Shown piece by piece: positions 43,544 to 56,037 of a DNA stretch of 64,000 nucleotides. A program made the position numbers and the translations under genes. Numbering within the stretch: the first letter of the stretch is position 1; the number at the start of each line of letters is the position of its first letter. The notes beneath the pieces are model-generated. The model was given only the letters and a program-made list of their open reading frames with translations. It made no database searches and was not told where the DNA came from. The DNA is from the human T2T-CHM13v2.0 reference genome, Homo sapiens, in assembly GCF_009914755.1 (NCBI RefSeq), contig NC_060936.1. One strand, written 5' to 3'.

Positions 43544-46500
43544 TACATACTCTAGCTGCAGGACTTGGGGGAAGCAGCTTTGCAAAAAAGGAACCTGTTA
43601 GCACTTCATTTTGGAGCACAGCCCAAGCTTTGTCTGTGCCCTGCCATTTAAGTACGAACACATGGACATGATAGATGGTTAAAAATCCTAAAAGTGAAGT
43701 TCTAACAAGACCAGAAAAAGATCCATCACATTGGGCATATGGAAGTATCCACGTCTGGAAATGAAGGTAATATTTGGCAGAATTAAATAAAGCACACAAA
43801 TGAGCAGGAAGATCATGCAATTTCAAGTATTTTGTTATTTTTTCTCATTAATTTTATTCCTGGTTTTAAAAGAAAACCTACCCTTAGTTTACATGTGAGT
43901 TTGATTGGGCATATGTTCTCAGGAAGCAGGCTGCATACCAGTAGGAGCATGTTCATTATCATACATGGAATTAGACAAGGGGATCAAACAGAGTTAAACA
44001 ATTGATAATATCATATACCACTGTCCTTTCTTTTCGAACGTTGTGAACATGTGGATATATTTAAAGGTTTCCTTTATGTTGGATAAAATCAAGGACAGAT
44101 CTGATTGATTTTACATAATAGGCTATTTCAAAGTAATGAATTAGCTGAACTAACGTTTTCTCGCAAAATAAATAATTCTGAAAGAAAATAGATCTTTATT
44201 CTTAAATCCCCCTCCTCCTTTCTCAATTAATTAGATTTTGTTGGTGAAAGGAAGTTAAGAAATTCCACATAAGCCTGATTATATCATGAATGTAAAATGA
44301 GCAGGGCAAATAATGGGCTCTATACTCTTTCAAACAAGTTAAATAAGTCCATAATAGCCCACCAGTTGTGTAAACACTATTTCACTATACTTGTAAAAGA
44401 AATATTGACTTACCTGTTAACTAAAATTACCCTGGCATGCTTCAACTAAGCTTATTAATAATTCCTGTGGTGTATGTGAATGTTTTTAGTTGTGGACTTT
44501 TATCAAAGATTAAAGAATTAGGAAAACATCCGTTCAGCAAGCCCAGAAAGTAGACACGTAGCAGAATACACTTCACCAGAGTCAATTTTAAGAACTTGCA
44601 ATATAAGAGTCAAAAGAATAAAGAGTGGTTTCTATCCTGGCCAGAGATAGTCCATTATACCACAGCTTAATAACACAGAAATACATTCCAAAATTATAAA
44701 TAGGAACATCTCTCCCAAACAAAATACTAAATGAATATCACATTAGCCTACTCGCCTTACATGTAAGATTCGTGATGTTTTTTCTCTGATGTCTCACCAG
44801 GATGCATGCCTGTGAGTAACTGATTGAAAGAAACCAGAAGTATACATATTTCAGGTGAAAGAATGTTTAAGATATCACTTGGCCCTACCATTCACATAAT
44901 AAATCACCATTCTTTGCTCCAACTGGTTCTACTGCAGTTCACAAAGATCACATTTTCTTTATAAAAACAAGTGAATTTCTTTCTCAATAAAATAATAATA
45001 AACCCATATTCTATCCAGTTTAATTCTCTATGTGACTAGAATTCCCAAGGGATTTTGAAAAGGATTCAGCACTTCAAGTCAAAAGGCTCGGTTGGAATTT
45101 TGGGTCCATCACAAACTTTCTGGTCATCATTAGGAAAACCACTTGCATTTTTTATCCTTAAATGTAGGGTAAGAATCGTACCTACCTCTTATCAAGACCC
45201 AACAAGAACATGTGGCTGTGTAAAGGGCTGAGTCAATGTTGATGGTCATTATCATGCAATTTAAGAACCTGATCTTATCAATTAAATGGCATTTGTCACC
45301 AAACAGAGACCACTGCTCAACAGCCTTGCTGAAACTTTATTTTCGAGTGAAAGGAATTTGGTTTGCTGTATTTTTATCTTTATTAGCTAAGATAAAGTGA
45401 TTAACATGCATTCATTCAGGCCACAAAATCATCAGCAGCTGGACCATTCCTAGTTTCCATATCATTCTCTATGAAATAAGGTTTACAAGACCTTGAAGAT
45501 TCATCAGGCCACTCTCAAATGTTCATGTTTCCTGTGCTTTGAGTTTTTACTGAATATGCTTGATTGTAAGTGATCACAGATGAATTTTCACTCACCAGTT
45601 CCAACAACAAAATAAAACAAAATTAACTGGTTTATCCAATGGAGAGGTGATAGAACAGAAGTGGCTTTAGATTTAGTTGTTTAGAAGATGACCTCAGGAT
45701 TTTGCTTCTCTCCTTTCTAATGCTAATATTCCATTTCTAGTGAGCTTCTTCACGAAGCAGAACAGCAGTCCCCATAAGCTTCAGGTTTGCTTGTCCTTAG
45801 AGCTCATGAAGCCAGAGAAGACCCTCTCATCCCAGGGTCTAGGACAATCCCCCAGCCAGATTCAGATTGTTCTGCTTCTGTTATATTCCTGCACCAGAGA
45901 CAGGGAGATGGGGTCATATGACTTACAGTCCTAAGGTGTGGGGGAAAGTTTCCCAAAGGGCACTCTTACCAAAAGGAGAGGAGAGAAATGTTGGGTATAC
46001 CAAAAAAAAAAAAAAAAGAAAGAAGGAAAAGAAAAGCAACAGATTTTTACTATGCCTAACCTCATCCAGCAGAACCATCTTCTCTACTTATTGAGTTAAA
46101 AAATCTCTCTGCTATACATAAATTTGTTAACAAACTCCAATTACTGAAAAGAAGAAGGAACACACTGACACACATTGAAAATCTACTCTGGTCTAGGCCA
46201 ATTTCTAGATATTTTAACATTTATAACAACCTAGGTTGTTTTAATAATATCCCCCATTTACAGAGAAGGTAACTGACACTTAGGCTCATTCTGTACCTGT
46301 GATCAATCAACCTGAAACTGGCAAAACCTAGATTCAAACACAGTTCTACCTGATTCATTCCACAACGAAAGTGTTATGCTTCTTTTAGCAACTTTGAAGT
46401 CAGAGAAAGTGTTGTTTAATGTCTTTAAACAGATGGTGGGCACAACCATATTTGGATGCCTATGTGTATGAGCTAATCAGTCAACAAATATTTGTTAAGT

Positions 46501-48774
46501 ACTCACTACTATGAGTCCCTAATATGAGTCCTACAGGTAAAGAAGAGACAAGTGGTCTAGACCCTGCCTCCAAAGTGGTTAAGTTGGAAAAACAAAACAA
46601 ATATGCATTCAAAAAAAACTTTAGCTTTAAACCATATGATACTTATAAATACATTTCAGTGAGACTCATCACCCTTGGGATTCCTGTTTAGAGTGTCATG
46701 TCCTGTAGACTGCAAGCTCTACCAGGACACTGCTGCATCACAGCTGTAGTTTAAATATCTGCTGATTGGTGATTAATGCGGACTATGCTCATGGGAGGTG
46801 TCACAGAAAGAATAAGTCTTGAGCTGCCTTCACAAAATAAATAATGTGGGGGTATGGTTGGGGTGGGTTTTTTTTTTTATTTAAAAAGGGAAGGCAGGTA
46901 GAAAGATAACACTTCACCCAGAAAATAGAAAACTTGTGTGTGACCTCAGCTATCAGCATCGTCTGCATCACCCTGGCTAACCAAGAGGCCCTGAGTCTGT
47001 CCATATGACCTGTTCATTGCTACTATAGTCAGCATTGGAAAAGCCAACACATTAAGATTATCCATAGCCAAGGAATCTCACAGAGTCTACATCACTCCCC
47101 TGGCACCCCCGTCAGAGCTAGAGCTGGTACCTGCAGCTGGAAGACTTGAGGACAGGCTACACCTCTGGAGCTCTTGCAGATATTCCCCAGCACCAGCCTG
47201 GAGCATCACAGCCACACTGAGTGGCTAGACCCAGAGGAGCAGTAGCATTTTCAAGTAGTCTGGCTCTCAGGGACTCCTACTCATAGGAGAAGGGGGAATG
47301 TACCACATCAAGGGAATACCCAGTGGGACAAAGGAACCCAGAGAGTAGGCCTTAAGTCCTTGATCTTTCCCCTGGTGGGAAGTCTCTTTCAGAAAAGGCA
47401 CAGCTGCAGTGCTAGGCTCAGCAGAGAAACTCTTAGGCCCTACTCCAAAAGTCAGGCAACCCTGGTGCTCATGAAGGGTCTTAGAGAAGGGGACGTCTTC
47501 TCCCTGTCATCCATCACTGCAGACACAGCTGGGGCTTTTCCCATGGGAGCTTGGCATGTGTGCACCTATAGGAAGCCTCTCTGGAATACTTCAGGGTGAC
47601 TCCATCCCCACAGGAGGCGCACTCTCCAGGTGCAGGCTTGCATGAGAAGTAAAGTCACAATTCCTCTCTACTTGGAACATCAACAGGCTTGTACATAAAA
47701 AGAGGTGTCTATCTGATCAGAATAGCCAGAACATTGGCTCAGGGGTGTTTGAGAGGTAGATGGCTTTCCTGCTGGCCTGGCAAGGGTAGGGGTGGGTGCA
47801 GTCTTTCCCTCTGATAAGGCCTCAGTGCATTTCACTGAGAGCTCCCCCAGCCACCCCTGCCCACCATTTGGTATTGTGTTTAACCACATGCTTTAGCCAC
47901 ATCCTGTTATTACCCATGGACACCATACCCCTATTGGCATGACGCCTAAACTATTCAACCTAGTAAATAAAATAATAGGGAAAGTAAATAAATAAAAAAG
48001 TGTATGCCATGGGGGAATGAGATAAGCTTCAAGCAACGTCTACCATTCCAACCCTATTAACAGACTGTGAACTTGCTCACACATTAAGCGTATTGCTACT
48101 ACAACCAGAAACTGAGAAAGTCATCATACAAAGACTCTCTATAACCAAGGAACTCATACAGAGGCTTCACTCCTGAAAGCACCAAGAGCCAAATTAAGCT
48201 ACAATAAACTATAAACATTAAAGTCACATCCTTAAGGAGGAAAAAAAGAATTTTTAAAAATACACAGTGAAATCACAAATTCAAGAATAATTAGAATAAA
48301 TAGTCTACACAAATGAGAAGGAACCAAAAAAGTAATTCTGGTAATATGACAAAACAAGGTTCTATAACACCCTCAGAAGATCACACTAGCTCCCTAGCAA
48401 TGGATCCAAACCTAGAAGAAATCTCAGAATTGCCAGATAAAGAATTCAGAAGGTTGATTGTTAAGCTACTCAAGGAGATACAAGGGAAAGGTGAAAGCCA
48501 ACTTAAAGAAATTTTTTTACATGCAGGATATGGATGAAAAATTCTCCAGAGACATAGATATCATAAAGAAAAAACAATCCCAACTGCTGGAAGTAAAAAA
48601 CACACTTAGAGAAATAGATAACCAGGAAAGGACATAACAAAAAAGAAAATTACAGACCAATATCCCTGATGAACAAACATGCAAAAAATCCTCAACAAAA
48701 TACTAACTAACCAAATTCAACGGCACATCAAAAATAAAACACACCATGATCAAGTGGGTTTCATACCAGGGATG

Positions 48775-49052
48775 CAGTATGAACTACTGGGCCATGCCCT
48801 GGTACTGGTCCACGGTCTCTTAGGAAATGAGTCACACAGCAGGAGGTGTGTGGTGGGCAAGTAAGCATTACCACTGAGCTCCATCTCCTGTCAGGTCAGC
48901 AGCGGCATTAGATTTTCATAGGAGCGTGAATCATATTGTGAACCGTGCATGGCAAGAGATCTAAGTTGCACACTCCTTATGAGGTGGAAGAGTTTCATCA
49001 TGAAACTATTCCCCCATCCCCCACTTTCCCCCAGAAAGGCTGGGGATCACTG
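48775..49052 (+). mobile_element. MER1B (hAT-Charlie) insertion
   Basis: cacagcaggaggtg...ctgagctccatctcctgtcaggtcagcagcggcattagattttcataggagcgtgaa...aaaggctggggatcactg interrupting L1 RT text. Confidence 0.8.
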
Positions 49053-50393
49053 GTTTAACATACTGGAGTCAATAAATGTGATATATCACATAAACAGAAT
49101 TAAAAACAAAAACCATATGATCACCTCAATAGATGCAAAAAAAAAAAGCATTTGGTAAAACCCAGCATCCCTTTATGATAAAAAACCTTCAACAAACTAG
49201 CATTGAAGGGACTTACTTCAAATTAATAAAAGCCATATATTACAAACCCACAGGCAACATCATACTGAACAGGAAATGGTGAAAGCATTCCCCCTGAGAA
49301 CTGGAATAAGACAAAGATGCCCACTTTCACCACTTCTATTCAACATAGTACTGGAAGTCCTAGCCACAGCAATAATGCAAGAGAAAGACATCAAGGGCAT
49401 CTAAATGGGAAAAGAGAAAGTCAAACTATTACTGTTCACTGAAGATATGTTGGTATACCTAGAAAACCCTAAAGACTCCTCTAAAATAATCCTAGATTTA
49501 ATCAACAAATTCTGTAAAGTCTCAGGTTACAAAATCAATATACACAAATCAGTAGCCCTGCTATATACCAACAATGACCAAGCCAATAAACAAATCAAAA
49601 ACTCAATCTCTTTTACAGCAGCTGCAAACAAAAACAAAAACAAAATCCCTAGGAATATACTTTACCAAGGGGGTGAAAGATCTCTACAAGGAAAACTACA
49701 AAACACTGTTGAAAGAAATCATAGATGACACAAATGAATGAAAACATAACCCATGTTCATGGATTGGAAGAATCAATATTGTGAAAATGACCATACTGCA
49801 CACAGCAATCTACAGACTCAATGCAATTCCTATCAAAATACCACATCATTTTTCAAAGAATTAGAAAAAATAATCCTAAAATTCACATGAAACCAAAAAT
49901 GAACCCAACTAGCTAAAGCAATCCTAAGCAAAAAGAACAAATCTAGAGGCATCACATTACTGGACTTCGAGTTATACTACAGTGCTGTAGTTACCAAAAC
50001 AGCATGGTATTGCTATAAAAGTAGGCACCTAGCTCAATGGGAAAGAATAGAGAACACAGAAATAAAGCCAAATACTTAAAGCCAACTGATCTTCAACAAA
50101 ACTTACAAAAACAGAAATGTAAAGGACACTCTATTAACAAATGGTGCTGGGAAAACTGGCGAGCCACATGTAGAAGAATAAAACTGGATCTCTATCTCTC
50201 ACCTTGTACAAAAATCAACTCAAGATGGATCAAAGACTTAAATCTAGGACCAAAACCCATAAAACTTCTAGATGATAACCTTGGAAAAACTCTTCTGGAC
50301 ATTGGCCTAGACAAAGAATTCATGACTAAAACTCCAAAAGCAAATGCAACAAAAACAAAAAAAAAATGGGACCTAATTAAATTAAAAAGCTTT

Positions 50394-50815
<422 letters not shown>

Positions 50816-51185
50816 TCAAACAAATCAGCAAGAAAAAAATAATAATCCCATCAGAAAGTGAGCTAAAGACATGAATAGACATTTCTCAAAAGAAGATACA
50901 CAAATGGCCAATAAACACATGAAAAAAATGTTAAACATCATTAATCATCAGAAAAATGCAAGTTGAAACCACAGTGAGATACCACCTTACTCCTGCAAGA
51001 ATGGCCGTTATTAAAAAGTCAAAAAACAATAGACATTGGCATAGATGTGGTAAAAGGGGAATACTTATACACTGCTGATGAGAATGTAAACTAGTACAGC
51101 CTCTGGAAAACAGTATGGAGATTTCTTAAAGAACTAAAAGTAGATCTACCATTCAATTCAGCAATCCCAGTACTTGGTACCTACC

Positions 51186-53472
51186 TATATTTGTCTGTTC
51201 TTTCTTTGCTATTAAGAACTACCTGATACTGCGTAATTTATTTTTTTAGAAAAGAGGTTTACTTGGCTCATGGTTCCAAGGCTTTACAGGAAGCATAGTG
51301 GGGGAGGCCTCAGAAAACTTATAATCATGGCGGAGGGTGAAGAGGAAGCAGATACCTCTTCACATGGGAGAGCAGGAGAGAGAGAGGGTGAATGGGGAAG
51401 TGTTACACACTTTTAAACCACCAGATCTCATGAGAACTATCATGAGAACAGTAAGGGAGAAGTCGGCCTCCATGATTCAATCACATCCCACCAGGTTCCT
51501 CCTGCAACAATGGGTATTACAATTCAACAAGAGATTTGGGTGGGGACACAGAACTAAACCATATCATTCCATCCCTAACCCCTCCCAAATCTCATGTCCT
51601 TTTCACATTTCAAAACACAATCATGCTTTCTCAACAGTTCCCCAAAGTCTTAACTCATTTCAGCACTAACTCAAATGTCTACAGTCCAAAAGAGCCTGTA
51701 CCTGTACCCTTTTGTGTATGAGCCTATAAAATCAAAAACAAGTTAGTTACTTCCAAGATACAATGGGGGTACAGGCATTGGGTAAATGCTCACATTCTAA
51801 AAGGGAGAAATTTCCCAAAACAAAAGGGGTGTATACCCCATCCAAGTCCAAAACCCAGCAGGGCAGTCATTAAATCTTAAAGCTCCAAAATAATTTCCTT
51901 TGACTCCATGTCTCACATCCAGGCAACACTGATGCAAGGAGTTGGCTCCCAAGGCCTCAGGCAGCACTGCCCCTGAGGCTCTGAAGGTAACAGCTTCTGT
52001 GGTGACTGCTTTTATGGGCTGGTGTTGAGTGCCTGAGGCTTTTCCAGACACATGGTGCAAGGCGTCAGTGGATCTACCATTCTGGGTTCTGGGGGATGGT
52101 GGCCGTCTTCTCACAGCTCCACCAAGCAGTGCCCTAGTGGGGACTCTATGTGGGGGCTCCAGCCCCAAATTTCCCCTCTGCACTTCCCTAGTAGAGGTTC
52201 TCCATGAGGGCTCCACCCCTGCAGCAGACATCTGCCTGGACATCCAGGCATTTCCATACATCCTCTGAAATCTAGGTGGAAGCTCCCAAGCCTCAACTCT
52301 TGCCCTCTGCACACCCACAGGCTTACCACCAAGCGAAAGCTGCCAAGGGTCAGGGTTTACACCCTCTGGAGCAGCTGCCTCAGACATATTTGGGCCCTTT
52401 TAGTCATGGCTAGAACTGCAGTGGCTGGGATGCAGGGAGCAGTGTCTTGAGGTTGGTCAGGGCAGTGGGGCTTAAGGAAGTGGGACACCCAGACCCTGGG
52501 GCCAGCCTGCAAAATCATTCTTCCTTCCTAGGCCCAGCTTGAATTACTCCTGAGAAAATGGGTTTTTCTTTTCTACCACTTGGCAGGGCTGCAAATTTTC
52601 CAAACTTTTACACTCTGTTTTCCTTTTAAATATGTTTCAGTTTCAGATCATCTCTTTGCTCACAAATATAAGCTTATGCTGTTAGAAGCACTCAGGTCAC
52701 ATGTTGAATGCTTTGCCACTTAGAAATTTCTTCTGCCAGATACCCTAAATCATCATTCTCAAGTTCAAAGTTCCACAGATCTCTAGGGCAGGGGCACAAT
52801 GCCTAGAACCTCTTTGCTAATGAATAACAAAAGTGACCTTTGCTCCAATTCCCAACAAGTTCTTCATCTCCATCTGAGACCACCTCAGCCTGGACTTCAG
52901 TGTCCATGTCACTATCAGCATTTTGATCACAACAATTTAACAAGTCTGTGGGAAGTTTCAAACATTCCCTCTTCTTCCTGTCTTCTTCTGAGCCATTCAA
53001 ACTGTTCCAACCTCTGCCCATTACCAAGTTACAAAATTGCTTCCACATTTTCAGATATCTTTATAGCAATGCCTCTCTCCTGGTACCAATTTTCTGTATT
53101 AGTCCATTCTCACATTGCTATAAAGAACTACCTGAGAATGGGTAATTTATAATGAAAGAGGTTTAATTGGCTCATGGTTCCACAGGTTGTACAGGAAGCA
53201 TGGCTGGGGAGGCCTCAGGAAACTTACAATCATGGTGGAAGAAGAAGGGGAAGCAGGCACGTCTTCACATGAGGAAGCAGGAGAGAGAGGGCAAAGGTGG
53301 AATGCAACACATTTTTAAACAACCAGATCTCATGAGAACTCACTATCATGAGAACAGCAAGGGGGAAATTCACCCCCATGATTCAATCACCTCCCACCAG
53401 GCCCTTCCTCCAATGCTTGGGATTACAATTCGACATGAGATTTGGGTGGGGACACAGAGCCAAACCATATCA
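51186..53472 (-). mobile_element. Complete THE1D-like MaLR provirus (3' LTR 51186-51566, internal 51567-53094, 5' LTR 53095-53472)
   Basis: Two direct ~380-bp LTRs ending aaccatatca; THE1-int text with ORF remnant 51797-52387; decayed 5-bp TSD CTACC/CTATT; host L1 resumes seamlessly. Confidence 0.9.
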
Positions 53473-55430
53473 CTATTCAAAGGAAAAGACGTTATTATAT
53501 GAAGAAGACACATGCACACGTATTTTTATTGCATCTCAGTTCACAATTGTAAAGATGTGGAACCAACGTAAGTGCCCATCAACCAGTGGGTGGATAAAGA
53601 AAATGTGGTATACATACAGCATGGAAGAGTACTCAGCCATAAAAAGGAATAAAATAAAGTCTTTTGTAGCAACTTGAAGGGAGCTGAAGGCCATTATTCT
53701 AAGTGAAGTAACTCAGGAATGGAAAACCAAATACCATATTTTCCCACATATAAGTGGGAGCTAAGCTATGAATATGCATAAGCATACAGAGTGTTAAAAC
53801 GGATTTTGGAGATCCCAAAAAGGGAGGGTAGGAGAAGGGTGTGGGATTAAAAACTACATATTGGGTACAACATACACTACTTGGGTGATGAGTGCACTAA
53901 AATCTCAAAATTCACCGCTGTATAATTCATCCATATAACCAAAACCCACTTGTACCCCCAAAAGCCATTGAAATTTTTTTTAAAATGTTTAAAAAAAGGA
54001 AGAAAGACACAAGGTAGGCATTCTTTAAATGTGGAAAGAATGGCTAAGGGAAGCAAGAATAATGTGAGAATAAGCACAGAGTAGCAGTGAATGTGGTATA
54101 CATAGGGAAAAGTGAAGGAAAAGGGTGTCCAGAGACGCGGGCTCTCTGTACTGATTGTGCGGAAACCGGAGTTAACTCACAATTTTCAGTGGCACTAGCA
54201 CTGTCAAGTGCTTTGTTTGTTGTTTGTTTTTTCACCCAAGAAAGGAAGATGTTCAGACTACAGATTGTGGTCAAGAAATTATATATTTTAGGTGAACAAA
54301 CAGCGAGGTTTGGACATGAAGGAAGGCACATACACTGCACAGAGAAACAGCTCTTCCCAACTCTAAAATTTAGACGTTTATTTGGGAAATTTTGTTGGGC
54401 AGTCTAAATGCAGGAAGATTAAAAAGGACTTGGAAAATCAACAGGGTATCCTGCCTTCATGATGCTGTGAGGCATTGTGCCCCAGAGTGAAAACTGCATT
54501 TTTGTGAGTTGGTGTGGCAGGCTTGGAATACAACCTCTTTCAGCAGCTCACTCAGGTCTGGCGAGGGCTATTTGTACCTCAACGAGGGCTTCTCTCCAAG
54601 AAAGCCCTGAATCCTTTTCCTCCTTTTTCCTGCAGATTCACTATAGGACACTTTTTGAAGCAAGAGCATGCATTTTCCCCCTGGCGCTCTGCAGCGGTTC
54701 TCAGAGCCCAGTGTCACTCACATAGGTGGGACTGCTCTCAGTTCAGAGAGCGCTGGGACACTTAAGATGAAAAGTCCCTGGAAGTTAGCAAACAGCCATC
54801 TGTCACTCTGGCATCGATTTACTAAAAGTGACTTCTAGGGTATTCTAAACCACTTTTAAAAAACAAATGAGTCACTTCGACTTCCTCACCCCGCAAGAGA
54901 TAGGAAGGCAGCAGTGGAGTGCTCGCTCAGGAGCTGTATTTGTTTAGCGATTAGCCTAGAGCTTTGATTTTAGGGCAAAAGCGAGCCAGACAGTGCGGCA
55001 GACGTAAGGATCAAAAAGGCCACCTATCATTCGCCGGGGACGCCTGCCTCCTTACCCTGATAACGTAACTATTTCTCTGCATAGGATTTTAGTTTTTGTG
55101 TTTTTGTTTTGTTTTATTCTGTTTAATCACTTCAAGTATCTCATCCATTATTTGAAGCGGGCTCGGAGGAAACGTGCCGCATCCTCCAGTCCTTGTGCGT
55201 CTGTTTAGGTCTCTCCGAAGCAGGTCCCTCTCGACTCTTAGATCTGGGTCTCCAGCACGCATGAAGGGGTAAGGGTGGGGGGGTCCCCTATTCCGGCGCG
55301 CGGCGTTGAGCACTGAATCTTCCAGGCGGAGGCTCAGTGGGAGCGCCGAGAACTCGCCAGTACCGCGCGCTGCCTGCTGCCTGCTGCCTCCCAGCCCAGG
55401 ACTTGGGAAAGGAGGGAGGGGACAAGTGGA

Positions 55431-55545
55431 GGGAAAGTGGGGCCGGGCGGGGGGTGCCTGGGAAGCCAGGCTGCGCTGACGTCACTGGGCGCGCAATTCG
55501 GGCTGGAGCGCTTTAAAAAACGAGCGTGCAAGCAGAGATGCTGCT
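55431..55545 (+). promoter_or_regulatory. LGR5 core promoter: GC box, full CRE, TATA-like box
   Basis: GGGCGG 55445-55450; palindromic TGACGTCA 55477-55484; TTTAAAAAA 55512-55520 in GC-rich context. Confidence 0.75.
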
Positions 55546-55825
55546 CCACACCGCTCAGGCCGCGAGCAGCAGCAAGGCGCACCGCCACTGTCGCCGCTGC
55601 AGCCAGGGCTGCTCCGAAGGCCGGCGTGGCGGCAACCGGCACCTCAGTCCCCGCCGCGCTTCTCCTCGCCGCCCACGCCGTGGGGTCAGGAACGCGGCGT
55701 CTGGCGCTGCAGACGCCCGCTGAGTTGCAGAAGCCCACGGAGCGGCGCCCGGCGCGCCACGGCCCGTAGCAGTCCGGTGCTGCTCTCCGCCCGCGTCCGG
55801 CTCGTGGCCCCCTACTTCGGGCACC
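55543..55825 (+). other. LGR5: LGR5 5' UTR part of exon 1 (TSS approximate)
   Basis: GC-rich, ATG-free stretch between a TATA-like element at 55512 and the start codon; TSS inferred ~30 nt after the TATA-like box. Confidence 0.7.
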
Positions 55826-56037
55826 ATGGACACCTCCCGGCTCGGTGTGCTCCTGTCCTTGCCTGTGCTGCTGCAGCTGGCGACCGGGGGCAGCTCTCCC
55901 AGGTCTGGTGTGTTGCTGAGGGGCTGCCCCACACACTGTCATTGCGAGCCCGACGGCAGGATGTTGCTCAGGGTGGACTGCTCCGACCTGGGGCTCTCGG
56001 AGCTGCCTTCCAACCTCAGCGTCTTCACCTCCTACCT
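55826..56037 (+). CDS. LGR5: LGR5 coding exon 1 (leucine-rich repeat-containing GPCR 5, R-spondin receptor): signal peptide and LRR N-terminal cap; gene continues beyond the window
   Basis: Translation MDTSRLGVLLSLPVLLQLATGGSSPRSGVLLRGCPTHCHCEPDGRMLLRVDCSDLGLSELPSNLSVFTSYL is the recognised human LGR5 N-terminus; strong Kozak GCACCATGG; hydrophobic signal peptide; CPxxCxC...VxC LRRNT motif; 212 nt ending at a canonical GTAAGT donor (56038, phase 2). Confidence 0.98.

Noticed and set aside
45700-46000. Possible old MLT1 LTR fragment
   Set aside because: Too diverged to call without alignment
51797-52387. 196-aa ORF as a novel gene
   Set aside because: Lies in the THE1 internal region; typical MaLR ORF remnant
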